A stretch of DNA of 63,974 bases, counting the filler, from Ministeria vibrans ATCC 50519 (Eukaryota > Protista > Filasterea), in NCBI GenBank assembly GCA_943704425.1. It is 7 parts of 7 records of this genome, joined end to end, with 100 filler letters (N's around TTAATTAATTAA, not from the genome) between each part and the next. Parts side by side here need not be neighbours in the genome. Positions count along the whole stretch, not along the records: positions 36,483 to 42,329 come from CALSCP010002769.1; positions 42,430 to 49,663 come from CALSCP010002209.1; positions 49,764 to 58,619 come from CALSCP010001768.1; 4 more parts are not named here. One strand, written 5' to 3'. The notes below the pieces were generated by a model. The model was not told where the DNA came from and made no database searches. It was given only the letters and a program-made list of their open reading frames with translations. The translations under genes and the position numbers were made by a program. This document shows positions 36,383 to 49,797 of this stretch, piece by piece. Each line of letters begins with the position of its first letter. Positions within the stretch are counted from its first letter, which is position 1.

Positions 36383-36523
36383 NNNNNNNNNNNNNNNNNN
36401 NNNNNNNNNNNNNNNNNNNNNNNNNNTTAATTAATTAANNNNNNNNNNNNNNNNNNNNNNNNNNNNNNNNNNNNNNNNNNNNTTATAATTCTTTTTTTTT
36501 TTTTTTTTTTCTCTTATGCGTAG

Positions 36524-39384
36524 CTTGCGACTCGTTTGCGAGTAGTTCCTCTGTTGCGCACGTCGGACCAGCTCAGCGTGGTGCGCGCCATCTGTGATGT
36601 GCTTTGCGACGTGGACGTGGACCATGGCACTCTTCAGCTTGTCTACGAAACACTTGTGCCGTGTCTGGCGGCTCTTGAAACACGAATCATCGCCGAACAC
36701 GCGCAGACGGCTTCGTCGTCCCTCGTGTCGCAGACGACGCCGCTTGCAGCACCAATGACATCGGTATCCACTGCGGCTCCCCCGTCTGAATCTCTTGCGA
36801 ATGCCCCAAGCGACAAGGGCGCGATGCGAAAGAGCGCGAGCAATGGCAACATCGTCCATGCCGCCAGTGTGCGCCGCCTCAAGACCAGCAACAGCAACTC
36901 CAATGTTGTTGCCTACGCAGACTCATTCACGGACGGCGGTGGTAGTAACAGTAACAGCAGTGGCGGCGGCGGCGGTGCCCCATTCACCGACACTTTGACG
37001 ACCTTGTCGTCCAGCACCTCCTCGAACGCCATCGCTGCCTCTGCTTCTTCTTCAAATTCTTCTCCTTCTTCTTCTTCTGCTGTTGCTGCTTCTGCTACTC
37101 CCACTTCTTCTTCTGCTACTGCGGACAATGACGAGCTTATCGCAGGTGTTGCGTTTCCCCAAGCACATCGTGTCTCCACTCAAGAACGCGTCGCTCTCCT
37201 CATGCTCCGTCTCATTCTCGTACTCGTTCATTTTCACGACGGTCTTTTGGGGAAATTGCGTCAGGATATGCTGCGTCGCGTTTCGACGTCGACTGCTCGC
37301 TCTGGTACGCGCGTTGCAGTGCTTCGTCAGCTGTTGCGCAACGGCCGCGATGCTTCGCACGTCGAAGAATTTGTTGCGCACGTCATTGTGTTAGAGGTTC
37401 ACAAGTCTGCACTCGGTGACGGTCCAGTTGCACCCATTATGGAGCTTGCCGCTGCCTGCGTTCGTCACGTACCTGCGTGCTTTGGCGACGATCTCACGAG
37501 TGAGTTGGTCTCTGCTGCGTGCCTGGTGTGCGACGGCATCTCGGACGTGGACGATGTTGACGCGTGTCTGGCGCTTCTGTCGGCCTGTGTCAATGCTGCC
37601 TGGATACGCAGCACGACCATGCCTACTCTGCTTACGACCTTGTGTCGCGCAGTCAATGTCGGCAAGGTAAGCCGTGTCGCTTGGCAATGCATGCGTGTGG
37701 TGCTGCGTAGCGAACTCGGCGGCTTGGCCATGCGCACCATGTGCGGCTTTCTTGAGGACCGTCAGATGCATGTTCACCCCGAGTTGCTTCGCGGGGCTGT
37801 TTTTTTTGTCGGCATGACCACCTGGGGCTCTCAAATGATGGAAGAGTTTGCCGCAAAGCGTGTTGTCGTCTTGCCAAGCTTTCGTCGCGTTCTCGAACTC
37901 GGCGAGGTCGTCGTTGCCTACGAGGTGTCCCTCTCGCTCTGCCGACTTGTCAAAAAATTCGGTGCCGATCTTTCGTGGGCCGAGTGGACTTGTGTTCTCG
38001 ACATGGTGCTCTCGCTAGAACGCTTTGCCTCTCACGGTGGCTCTCTTGCCAAAGGCTTCCACGACATTCTTGCGGCCACCGAGGCGCTCTGCTTTGCCTT
38101 GGACGATTCGCCAAGCAGCGCCTCTCAGTCAACTCCTCAACTCTCCAAATATAACCGTCCCTCCTCGACCGCTTCCGTCACATCGACAATGGTGGCCACA
38201 GGCGCGTCGAGCCCCGCGTCGTCAATCACGTCGCCCGCCCTCGGCCACGAAGCAAAGGACACTGGTCCCCTCGTGTCGCCGCCTCTCCACTCGGAACCAG
38301 TTGTATCGTCGATGTTTTTGGGTAACGTTGAACAGCTTATGACGGTACTGCACCAGTGCCGCCGTGGGCGTCCAGAGACCACCGTCATGCGTGTCGTACG
38401 TTTTCGGGCGCATCTCATGGACCCCACCCATCATGCCTGGCTGCACCGCGCCCGCGACTTTCTCTCGGCATATGTTCAACGCGAAACGCGCATTCGCGTA
38501 CGAACATGTGCTCTCGAAACCTTTCAGCAGCTCGCCCTCTCCCTGCACACGCGCCACCTAGAACAGCTCATTAGTGAAGTGCTTCTTCCGCACCTGTCGC
38601 TCTTTGACTTGGGCACCGAAGACCCTGTAGTGCGCGCCGTGACACTCGACACTGTCGTGCGTCTTGCCTGTGCCTGTCACGGCGACTCTTTTCAGCCACT
38701 TCTCATGGTGGTCGAGCGCCTCGCTTACGAAGGCAGCTGTGTGCGCCTTGCCGTGCAAGGTCTGGTGCGTCTCTTCCACGCCAAGCTCACACACCTGCCC
38801 TCGTCCCACGCACGCCTCGTCTTCCTTTCGCTTATGGCCGTGCTGCGCTCGCACCAGCGTGATGCACACGCAAGTGCGGCCGCCGAGTGTCGTTACATCA
38901 TCTTTGAGGCGCTCCTCAAATTGCGCGCTGACGATAACTATCGTGTGCGTCTGGCCAACGACGGTCCGCGCAGCGCCTATCTCCTGTGCTGTCCTATTAG
39001 CGCGAGCCAGGGTGCGATGAAGACGCACGCTCTTGCGACTCTGCCGATTAGTGAACTTTTTCAGTGTATTTGTGTGGCGTTGCGCACCGAAACCGCCTGG
39101 GCCATTTACAGCCTGGTACTCAGTGAGTTGGCGTCGCTCTTGCGCAACTGGTACCTCCTGTCGGGCGCGCGTGTGAACATGTCCGCTCTGTGCGGTCTCG
39201 TCTGTGACATGATGGCTTCTGGCCTTGTCGCTGGCTCTGTCACACCACCTCCTACGGGCCCCCTGGCCGATTCCGTCTGGCCCGATCGGTTTCTTCGTGC
39301 CTGTGGCATTTTAGAGGTACGCTGTTTTGTTTTTGTTTCGTTTATAATTATAAATAATTAATATCCTTTGTAATTGTAATCTTC

Positions 39385-39427
<43 letters not shown>

Positions 39428-39507
39428 GTCTTATTTTTATTTTTATTATTATTACTATTTTTATTTTATTATTATTATTATTATTTTTATTATTATTATT
39501 ATTTTTA

Positions 39508-39546
<39 letters not shown>

Positions 39547-42039
39547 GATAGAAACTCTCTGCTGTTATTTTTTATTATAATGATTGATTTTATTAATGTG
39601 ACATTTTGTTTTTAAAGGCTGTGTTTGGGTATCAACACATGCTTGGAGAAGTTGACGTGCAGAGCACCATTGCGTGCTTTGAGCGACTTCTGGGTTCGTG
39701 CCATCTGAGCTTGGCCAGTCACGCTGCGTCCGCTCTGGAGATGTGTGTGTGTGTTGCGCCTGCCGCAGTCTTTCCGCACGTGCCGTCCATTTTGGCGCGG
39801 CTCACTTCGCTCGTTGCCTCCGTGTCGCTCAGCCTGCCCGTTCTTCAGCTCCTCATGATGCTTGTGCGTCTTCCTCGTCGCGTGGGCTCGTTCCAATTCA
39901 ACGACTACGCCAGTGCTATTGCCGCGTCTCGGCCGTACACACGCTCGGACCGATTCAACGGCCACATTGTCGGCATGTCCCACCGCGTTCTTGCCACTTG
40001 GATTGCTCGTGCACCCTTGCGTTGGCGTTCCATCCTCTCCTCGAGCGTTCTCGACGCCATTTCAGGTCAACGTCCGAATGCGCTTCGTCCTTCGCTGTCT
40101 AACCTGTCGACCGCTTCGTCGTCGGCGACCGCCCCATCCGCGTCGACAAGTATCACCTCTGTGAAAGGCAGCAGCAGCAGCAAGGGAGGCTCTGATCATT
40201 TGCTGTTAAAGACATCGTCGTCGTTGTCGTCGTCGTCGGTGCTGACACAGACGGAGACGGAGGGCTCGAAGAAGCAGTATGCCGAGCAAGACGATATTAT
40301 GTCGCGCGAGACAATGCGTGACATTCTCTCAAGGCTTGCCTCCACCGAACAGCCTCTTTTCGACGTGGTGCAGCCCGACACTGGAGAGTCGTCAAGTCTG
40401 TTGCGGGACGCAACGGTCCGGTCGTGGTCCGTCGATTGCAATCGAATCATCACCGTTGTTGCAAGCTGGTCGACTGGCTGGGCGCGAATCATTACACGCC
40501 GTCCATCGTGTCGCACCACGTGGCTGATGCGTTTGCGCGCGCCCGCGGACGTTAGCGATGAGTGTGAGAATGGCGATGTTGATGTACGCATTGAGTCGGC
40601 AACCGCCGCCGATGTGCTCGACGCAGTTCGAACTAGTGTGCCAGTCGACATGGACGAGGAGGTTGCCACTACGGTGCGGTCACTGCTCCATCGCGTGAGC
40701 TCACAGTTGAATCGCTCCACCGACGACGATGATGACACGGACAGCGACGACAAACTCCATGACACTGCCACCACATCTTCGCATCCTTCCATGTCCACTG
40801 TCGAGCAATCGCAATCGCAACAGCAACCTGACCATCGTGGATTGACCGGCGGATCCCAAGAAGCTCTGTCGTCAGCCACCGATGCGCCTTCACCTACCTC
40901 GCACCACCAGTCGTCGGCGTCGAGTGACGCGGGCAGCGACGACGACCATGTTGTTGGTTGGGGTCTCGACCAGACATGGACTCCACCCAGTCGCTCGCGC
41001 ACTCATAGCAACGCTCGCGTCCCCTTTAGTGCCGAGACTTTGTCTCACCAACAAACGTACGACCCGCTGCCGTCTTACGATCAACTTGTTGTTGGTGACG
41101 ACGACACTAGCGACGTGGTCTTCTCACCCGCTCTTAATCTCACGACGGATCCTTTGGAATCAGCTGCGCCCTTTTCTACCGCCGCTCTCATGGTCTCCAG
41201 GGATGCCAGTGACGCCAAGGAGCCCCCGTCTGCCGCCCCCTTGTCCGCAGGGCGCATACCAGCGCCTTCTATTCCGTCCCTCACTGTAAATACCACTGTA
41301 CTCCGTTCCGCCGAGCGATCCACTCATGTCGACCTGGCTCTCAGCACGCCCCCGTCGGCTGCGCCGCCGCTTGCTCACTTTGTCACCCCGAACTCATCGG
41401 CACCCACTTCCGCCATCCTTTCCCAGTTCCCTGATGAGGCGCTTCACGCCACCTCCGGCAATCACGAGCTGCCTTCTATGTCCATGACCAATGCCACCGC
41501 CGTCGGCAACTCTTCCTCCTCACTGACTGCTACAGTTGTGGCCTTGTCTTCCCCGGATGCATCGTTGCAACCGTCTGCAACACCACTGCCACCATCGTTG
41601 CCGCCCACCACTGTTAAGTCTTCACCGCCTGTGACAACCGCTCCCGTTCCAACCGAAAGCAAGAAGCACAGCCTTGCTCGTCTCTTTCCCGCCCTTGTCT
41701 TCAAGCAGCTACAGGCACTGCTCGTCGACGGCACGACAGGCGCGCATGTCCACGCGCTTCGAAACAGTCCCGAGCTGGAGCGCGCCTTGACTGTGCTTGA
41801 TCGCATTGTGCCACGCGACACGCACAAGATGGGCTTGCTCTATGTGCGTGTAGGTCAACTTGATGACGAAATTGCGATTTTGTCCAACGAGACGGGCTCG
41901 CCGCGCTACACGCGCTTCCTCCAATGCCTCGGCTCACTCGTCCGTCTCAAGGGCTGTACGGACTTTACTGGTGGTCTCGATCGTTCTGATGACCTCGATG
42001 GGCCCTATGCTTACATTTGGAGCGACGTCATGTCACAAG
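36524..42039 (+). CDS. TSC2: Tuberin (TSC2), internal portion
   Basis: LCRAVN..AWQCMRVVLRSELG, LLRGAVFFVGMTTWGSQ, VVAYEV, TRRPSCRTTW and Rap-GAP start LERALTVLDRI..DTHKMGLLYV..GSPRYTRFL..FTGGLD. Intron at ~39317-39617. Confidence 0.95.
39386..39545. repeat. (AAT)n/(ATT)n microsatellites in TSC2 intron
   Basis: Opposed trinucleotide runs. Confidence 0.9.
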
Positions 42040-42278
42040 GTGAGTCGCGCTCCTTATGATTTTTTTCCCCACATTCTCTTTCACTTTGTTTCTTTATTGT
42101 CTATCTCTTTGTTTTTTATTCTATCAATTTGTGTGTGTGTGTGTATGTCTCTATCGCTTTGTTTCTTTCTCTTCTCTCTATCACTTTGTTTCTTTCTCTT
42201 CTCTCTCTATCACTTTGTTTCTTTCTCTTCTCTCTCTTTCTCACTTTGTTTCTTTCTCCCTCTCTCCTCTCTTTCTCC

Positions 42279-42329
<51 letters not shown>

Positions 42330-42429
42330 NNNNNNNNNNNNNNNNNNNNNNNNNNNNNNNNNNNNNNNNNNNNTTAATTAATTAANNNNNNNNNNNNNNN
42401 NNNNNNNNNNNNNNNNNNNNNNNNNNNNN

Positions 42430-42539
<110 letters not shown>

Positions 42540-42558
42540 ATAATATTATGAACACGTA

Positions 42559-44192
42559 CTGACTCCCGCAAAGATGACGAATATATCAAAGTTCAAATTT
42601 GCAAAGGGAAACTGCGCAAAGGGCAGATAGGTTCCAACGTGTTCGGCGCGCACAGGGGGACATCCAAACTCACTGCCTCTCTGGCACTGCTGCCAGTACG
42701 ACTGTTCCGTCCATTGATGGTTGGTTGTGTCCAGAGTCCATAGTGACCTAGTATAAAACCAAAAAACCGAGAATGAGAGGGAAATGTCGGGTGGCACGCG
42801 GTGGAATTTTCAGCGCACCCTAACAGTCGCTCTTCGGTAAGAAAGACGCTTGCGCCACCGTAAATGGTGAGAGTGTCCCCCGAGCCAGACACCGAGCCAG
42901 CAATGCGCCCAGCAGGAAACACCTGGTCGCCCGTGAGGTTCTCCCAATCGTCGAGAGAGAGAGAGTAAAGGTACATGTCGTCGAGGAAGTTGCCGGAGAC
43001 AGTTGCGCCATTGAGTACGATAACGCCGTTGATGATGTCCATGTAAAGCATGGCCGCACCCGCGCGTGGTGGAGGCAACGTGTGGTCAATTGGCATTACC
43101 AATCGCCATTGGACTAAAACGTATCAAGTTCAGTCAGACGAGCTTCAAAAGCAACGCAAGGGGTTTCTGTGGTTACGTGTGTTTGTGTTGAAGATAATGG
43201 TGTGGGTCTGGTCATTACCACGACCAACGCCACCAAAGATGAAGAGTTCGTAGTCGCTAATGGCGGCCATGGACGAGGCCATTCGACCGTTGGAATTGGT
43301 GCAATTGCAACAGAGTAAGGTCCAGCGAAAGGCGCCCTCGGTAGTGTTGTAGGCAAACGAGTAGAGGTCGTCAAGAATTTGCAGGTCTGTAGTGCGCCCG
43401 CCATAGAGAAAGGCGACCGTCGAGTCGTTGTTGGACGTCATGGCGTGGTAGGATCGTGCCAGAGGCGTCGCAGACACGTTAAACTCCAGACGACTCCAAC
43501 CCACCGGGACGCTGTGATCGCCGTCCACCTGGAGGGCGTTGAAGAGCCACGTTTCATTGGAGACACGTGCAAAGCTGCTGTCGATCTGTCCGCCAAAGAG
43601 GACGAGCACAGTCGGGGAAATGCGTGTGGCGGCATGCATAAAGCGTGGGCCCGGCGAGTGCGAAGTGTTGTCGCGTCGCCAGCCGAACTCGCCACCCTCC
43701 CCGGACTCAAATAAGATGCTGTAGATGAAGGTCTCATTGCTCACGCCAGCACGCGTGTCGCCGCCGTACAGCACGGAGAACATCAGACCGAGTTTGGGGT
43801 TGAGAAGTGCAGTGAGTGAGTGACCGTAGCGCGCACTCGGATACTGCTCGACGTCGACGGTCGGCGTGCCGTAGAGGTGCCACTCGCCACTCTGAACGTG
43901 GTACGACCATGTGTCGCTGTAGAGCGTAGTGAATCCGTTCCAGCCCCCAAAAAGCAGAATTCGGTCAAATTCTAATCGCGATCAACGTTTTATCAGAAAA
44001 AACGCCAGACGTAATACAAAACAACGTACCTCCCGCTCCGGGCGGATCTATAGAAGTATGCGACACGGCTGAAAAGGCACGGCCCGGAGGATGTGTCTGG
44101 CGACCGGGAGTGATCGACTGCCATTGATTGGGAGTACCAGAAGAATTGCACAGAGCCAGAGCGAGATACACCAGCCACGCAAAGGGCCGCAT
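42559..44192 (-). CDS. Secreted/surface Kelch-repeat protein (attractin/MEGF8-type propeller repeats), 3'-truncated
   Basis: Signal MRPFAWLVYLALALC, then repeated PxxRxxH..LFGG..W units (PSARYGHS, PGPRFMHAA, PLARSYHAM, PPPRAGAAM). Confidence 0.85.
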
Positions 44193-44442
44193 TGGCTGCT
44201 TATCCCTGGGACGGTGGGATTTGGTTACGAAGAGCAACAAAACAAAATACAGTGAGTTTCAACATAGAACATTGAACATACTTTCAAGTGACTCAACTAC
44301 TCCTTAAACAAGAATCAGCACTACATTGTACATCCTTCTGACACCCTTTCTGTATCGTCTCTTAAAATGGTCCTGGTCTAAGTCAACGGGTGGAGCAAAT
44401 GCGTTAGACTGATCCTTCGATTGCACACACTTACCTGATTTG

Positions 44443-44445
<3 letters not shown>

Positions 44446-44505
<60 letters not shown>
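44446..44505. repeat. (GT)n microsatellite
   Basis: Dinucleotide run. Confidence 0.95.
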
Positions 44506-44506
<1 letters not shown>

Positions 44507-44829
44507 ATTGACAGCAACTCAAGAGTGGTTTGGACTTTGGAATTTCAGCTCCATTTCAGCGTGGTACTTCAAAGGTATTTGTATAGTCGTCGAATGTCTT
44601 TCTCCCTCTCAATAAATTCAAGGGAGCAAGGCACATTTTCACACACACACATACATCATGATTCTACATCCGTTAGGCTTATCAACGTACACAAACAGTC
44701 GACTAAGAAGTGGATACTACAATATTTCTGATACAATTGAGCTACTTGAGGCGGAGTCTCAAAGGCAATATGAGAGGTCTAGGAATGAACAAGATTAGAC
44801 GCCATAAAAGATGACACAACAACTGTTTC

Positions 44830-45893
44830 TTACTCGTAGATGAGCGCATGACGACCGGGGTTGTGGTCAAAGACAAAGGTGAAGCGACGCTGATGAGCGC
44901 GCGTGACTAGCTCACCGCTCACCCACCAGTCGTCTACAAAGCCCGTGTGCGCCAGATGTCCGTTGCCACTGTACACCGTCTCGGACGATACTCTCCGACT
45001 GTACGAGAGGGAGACGTACATCAATGCAAATCAAGAGAAAGGAATGTAATTTGAACGTACGGAGGCAGAGCGGTGGTGTTGGCAGTCCAAGAGAGCTTCC
45101 CACAGGGCACATTGGGGTCACCGGTCAATTTGAGAGCGCAAAATTGTGCACCTGTGGAAGATTGCTCGACAAAGATGATTTCACGGCCGTGAGGGCCGTA
45201 CATAGAGGTGAAGAGGCCCTCGCAGCGGTGCAGAGGGTTAGTGTGATGGGTGGTACGTCGACAGCGCACGTAGTCGAATCTCATAAAGGTAAATGTATCA
45301 GCGGTGAGTGATTCAAGTTGGTTGTCGTCGGGGTTCGGACTGGTGATGTTCAGCTTGGTGGTGTACGGTTCGAGTTTGATACGAAACAGCTCCTGTTGCA
45401 AGCCAAATGACTCGTCGGCAACGCCGCGCACTATGACGGCGCGTAAGAAGTGTGCATCGTCGGTGAAGGCGATGTAGACACATGTGCCACGGGGTGCGGA
45501 CGATTCCGTACGCCACACGCCCAACAGCGAGACACATCGATGTAGGGCACTGTACAGGTCTTGCGACGAGGCGTCCGGTCGGGTCTGGCGCAGCCACTGC
45601 GTTGTGTCCAGCGCAACGGCGTCGTCTGCCTCTGTACAGTGTGGTGGCAGCTTCGCATAGGCATGGGCGAGCAGTTGGTGCAGCAGGCGGCTCCAGATGG
45701 ACGAGTCGTGAGCAATGCGACGGAGCAGACGACACGTCGTCGAAAGTTCACTGAAAAAGAAGATAGGTGTCACTCGTTTCCACGATCAAGGCCACGCAAA
45801 GCAAGGCGGGGGCCCATACCGGATCTCTTGGAAGCCATTGTAAAGCAGAATCTTGAGAATGAGCTCTTCGGGAAGAGACGTAAGTCGAGACAT
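44830..45893 (-). CDS. F-box protein with FBXO31-type (cyclin D1-binding/DUF3506) C-terminal domain
   Basis: MSRLTSLPEELILKIL..|ELSTTCRLLRRIAHDSSIW (F-box), then GLFTSMYGPHGREII, ALKLTGDPNVPCG and YSGNGHLAHTGF. Confidence 0.88.
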
Positions 45894-46123
45894 ATGATAC
45901 ACGACGATTCTCGAAAGAAGTGATGCCCTCGCGCCGGCCTGCTTGACGCCTGCGTTCGTCCTGATATGTGGGACAGCGAGTGACGTCTTGATACCCTTCA
46001 GGAGTAATTGACTGATCGGACGAATAATTGATCAGTGATCTTGAAAAAACAAAGGGAATTGCGACAACCCAACACCACTTTCTTCTAACAGTACCGTCTA
46101 ACAGTCTGCCATTGGGGATCAAG

Positions 46124-48210
46124 ATGGACGAGACCGCAGATGTGCCGGGTGCGTGTAGAGAGCGAGAGAGAGAGAGCAACGACTGTCGTTTGCTGAACTT
46201 GCCACACACACTCTTTCCCTTCCGCTGCAGAGTCCGTCTACGCGCCTATTGCAGTGGGCTTTCTGACGAAACAGGGCGGGAGTGTCAAGACGTGGAAGAG
46301 AAGGTGGTTTGAGCTGAGACGCGTAAGTTTGTTCAAGAACGTTTTTTTTTTGTGTCCCCACTGCATGTCGTCTCTTTGCGACTGCTGACTCATCCTGGGA
46401 ATAGCCTTTACTGTAATAATCTCTGTACGACGTCGCCGGAGAGTTTTACCAGTCTATATTTTGTTTTTTTTTAAGGATTTGCGAAATTCGCAAAAGTTTT
46501 TTTTTTCTTTTTCAGTTCTCTGTTAAACTTTAATTTATCGCGCAGGAGAAATCGAAGAAGAACACTGTCGACTTTGTCTTGCTGTACTATCGTAACATGG
46601 ACACAGCAGCCCGCGGAGAGTTTCTCGGGTTCATGCGCGTCTCCAAAATGCGTTCTGTGCAGAGGTGGCAAACTTTGCATGAGTGATTTCGGCGCACTCA
46701 CGTAATAACTTGCTTGATGCCTTTAGAGTTGACTATCTGCGTCCGTTTACCCTCAGAGTCGTCACGCCTACTCGAAGCTACCTGGTTAGCGCGCCCGACG
46801 AAGTGTACGCAGGATATTGTGATCGGGAAGCGACTGACCTAACGTGTTGTGTGTGGTCTGTGTGTGTGTGTGTGTGTGTAGCACCATTTCGATTTGGGAA
46901 CACACCTTGTCGGACATTCGCTCACGTCTTCGTGTTGACCAAACAGGTACGAGATGCTGGAGAAGGCATGTAGCAAGACAGCCACAAGGCATTTTATCTT
47001 CTTCTCTGTCAGGAGTTCCGGGAGTTCAAGACGACATCTCCAATGCAACACAGGCACTACCACAGGAACTGCCCTTTCAACTGACAAAGGTCTGCACTGT
47101 AACACACTGTGTCGTTCCTTTCTGAACAAAAGCCGTTCTTCTTTTGTACCGCAGGGCTTTATGCAGAAGAAGAAGCAAGGAAAGAACTGGAAGAGGCGAT
47201 GGTGCACGCTTTTCCAAGGTAAAGAAAGCATCATGTCGTCTTATCAAACTTTATTCTTTTTTCTCTCTCATCTTCTTCTTCTCTCTTTCAGCGAAATTAT
47301 CGTACTTTAAGTCGCCTGACGATGAAATGCCGCTAGGGACCATTCCAATCACACGACAGGCGGCAGTGAGCCAAGTCAAGGACGACAAACGTACGCACTT
47401 GTTGCATTTCTCCCGCAACTCGCTCACTTGACTCACTCCCTCTCACTTTCTTCTTCTTCTTTTCTTCTTCTTCTTTTGATTGTAGAGCACAAGTACATGT
47501 TTAAAGTGGTCGCACCGGATGGAAAGACGACTTTTTTCTTTGCGGTGGAGGATCAGACGACACTGGAGCACTGGATGAAGCCACTCTTTTTGGATGTGTA
47601 TGGGCGCGAAGCGACTGTGGAGGAGATGGGCGGAATCCCCGATAGCAAGAGCACCAGTAGTGGGAGTGGAAGTGGAACGCGGGAGCCGCCGCCGAGTGCG
47701 GTTGCGGCGGGACCGTTGTCGGTAGAGCACACGACGGTGGACGGGGACGGTGTGGACGAGCTCGGGTGCGCTGTGGGTGTCACGGTGGGTGTGGTCATCT
47801 TTGCACGTGATGATGTTGGACGTATGCGTGTGGGTCACCATGATGTGTTCAATGTGTCGCTTGTGGCACCCGAGAGCGAGCAGGCACTGCCGGTCGAGGT
47901 GCGCAGCAATGGCGATGGCTCGTACTCGTGCGAGTACTGCAGTACGCGCGCCGGGGTGCATACGTTGCGCATCGAGTCGGGTGCATCGGGTCTTCCTATC
48001 CACGGCAGTCCCTTCCGTGTGCTTCATGCGGGCGGCAAGCTTGCCATTGATGACGATGATGCGGCTGTCGCAGACGGAGTGGATGGCGCTGACGACGACG
48101 ATGATGATGAAGATGATGACGAAAAGCACGGAGGCGCCGTCGCGTTCGCGGTGGTTGAAACTGCCAATTCCTCAATGAATGCTTTTGGTAGCGACGATGA
48201 AGACGACTAG
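46124..48210 (+). CDS. Tandem PH-domain protein with filamin-type Ig repeat and acidic tail
   Basis: GFLTKQGGSVKTWKRRWFEL, GFMQKKKQGKNWKRRWCTL, LSYFKSPDD and VRSNGDGSYSCEY..AGVHTL..IHGSPFRV. Multi-exon. Confidence 0.88.
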
Positions 48211-48480
48211 GAGTAAGGGCAGAGTGAGAGAGAAAAGTATTGTGCCTGTAGTAAAAAAAAGTTTTTATTATGAAAGAAAAAGAAAGCAAGCAAATCGACT
48301 CGGTCGGTAGGTAGTAGTGACTAAGAAAGTACCTCTAATGACATAAGCACTCCCAATAATGAATATTCTGATTATGCAGACTCACGGCGCTCACTTCACC
48401 CTTGTTCTTAAATGTCCTCAGTTCTGAGTTCTCGATCTCAAGTGATAGTCTCTAAACTCTACTAACTAATTTTTTACCTT

Positions 48481-48540
48481 AGACCTCTTTCTGTCACAGT
48501 CTCACTTCTCACAGACTCTCACTTCTCAGAACTCTCAACC
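48481..48540 (+). promoter_or_regulatory. Cluster of TCTCA(C) motifs upstream of SNAP-25
   Basis: cagtctcacttctcacagactctcacttctcagaactctca lies ~60-100 bp before the ATG. The same motif occurs upstream of other genes. Confidence 0.45.
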
Positions 48541-48595
48541 TTTTTTCCTCCTTTTCATTCAAGCTTCAGCTGGTTGATCTTTCATTCAGTCCACT

Positions 48596-49474
48596 ATGGC
48601 GGCCATGAGCGAGAGTGAGAGAGACGAGATCCTTGCGATCAAGGTGACGACAGCTCCTGTCGAACTTTTGAGAGTTCTGACACACCCGCCTCGCTCCACG
48701 CGGCTTCTTTCCCGTCATTCTGCAGCAAAAGCAAGATGAAATCACCAATGAGAGTCTTGAGGCCACGCGGCGCATGAAAAGGGTAGGTGCTTCGTGTGCG
48801 GAGACGGCAACTGATTTATTTTTGGGTTGATTTGCTCGTTTTGCTTACTTGCGCCGCCGTTTCTCTCTCCTTTCCATGTGTCGCTGCGTAGCTTGCCATG
48901 GAAGCCGAAGAGACCGGAGCACAGACGCTGGCTGCGCTTGATGACCAAGGACGTAAGCAGAACATTCGTCTTTTGATTTTGGTTTTTTTGCTCTCTCTGT
49001 GCGCTCTACTCTTTGTGGTGCAATGAAAGCACCCCTATGCGATCGTGGAGTGAGGATCATGCAGTTGGCGTCGCGATTGTATCGCGTCGTCACACCAAAA
49101 TGGTCATTTTTGGGGGTTTTTTGTGTTTTTTTTCAATCTTGTTTGGCTTACAAGTGGACTCTGTGGTTCTTTGTCGCTGACGACACCCGAAGCCCAGCGC
49201 CCAGATGGATCTAAAGGAGATGGGGGACTGAAAAGCGCCTTGTGTAGGAAAACTCGATCACGTTGAAGGAAATTTGGACAAGATCAACAGAGACGCTCGC
49301 GAGGCTGAGAACACCCTGACAGGTCTTGCACTCTCTATCTCTGATCTTTCGAGTTACGCCGTCTCACATTTTTGGTGTTGTTGGGGGGTTTTTTGTTTCG
49401 TTGTCTGTGTAGAAATGGAGAAATGCTGTGGACTGGTTGTGTGTCCGTGGAACAAATCAATACCGTTTCAGGAG
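48596..49474 (+). CDS. SNAP25: SNAP-25/23 family Qbc-SNARE, N-terminal half
   Basis: DEITNESLEATRRMKR|LAMEAEETGAQTLAALDDQG|EKLDHVEGNLDKINRDAREAENTLT|EMEKCCGLVVCPWNK. Confidence 0.93.
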
Positions 49475-49555
49475 GTGCGTGGAAAAGGGAGAGAAATGAG
49501 AGAGATAAAGGAGGGAGAAACAAACAAAGTGAGAGTGAGAGAGAATGTGACTATG

Positions 49556-49663
<108 letters not shown>

Positions 49664-49797
49664 NNNNNNNNNNNNNNNNNNNNNNNNNNNNNNNNNNNNN
49701 NNNNNNNTTAATTAATTAANNNNNNNNNNNNNNNNNNNNNNNNNNNNNNNNNNNNNNNNNNNNTTTGTTTTTTTGTATTCACTCTCTCTTTGTTGCG

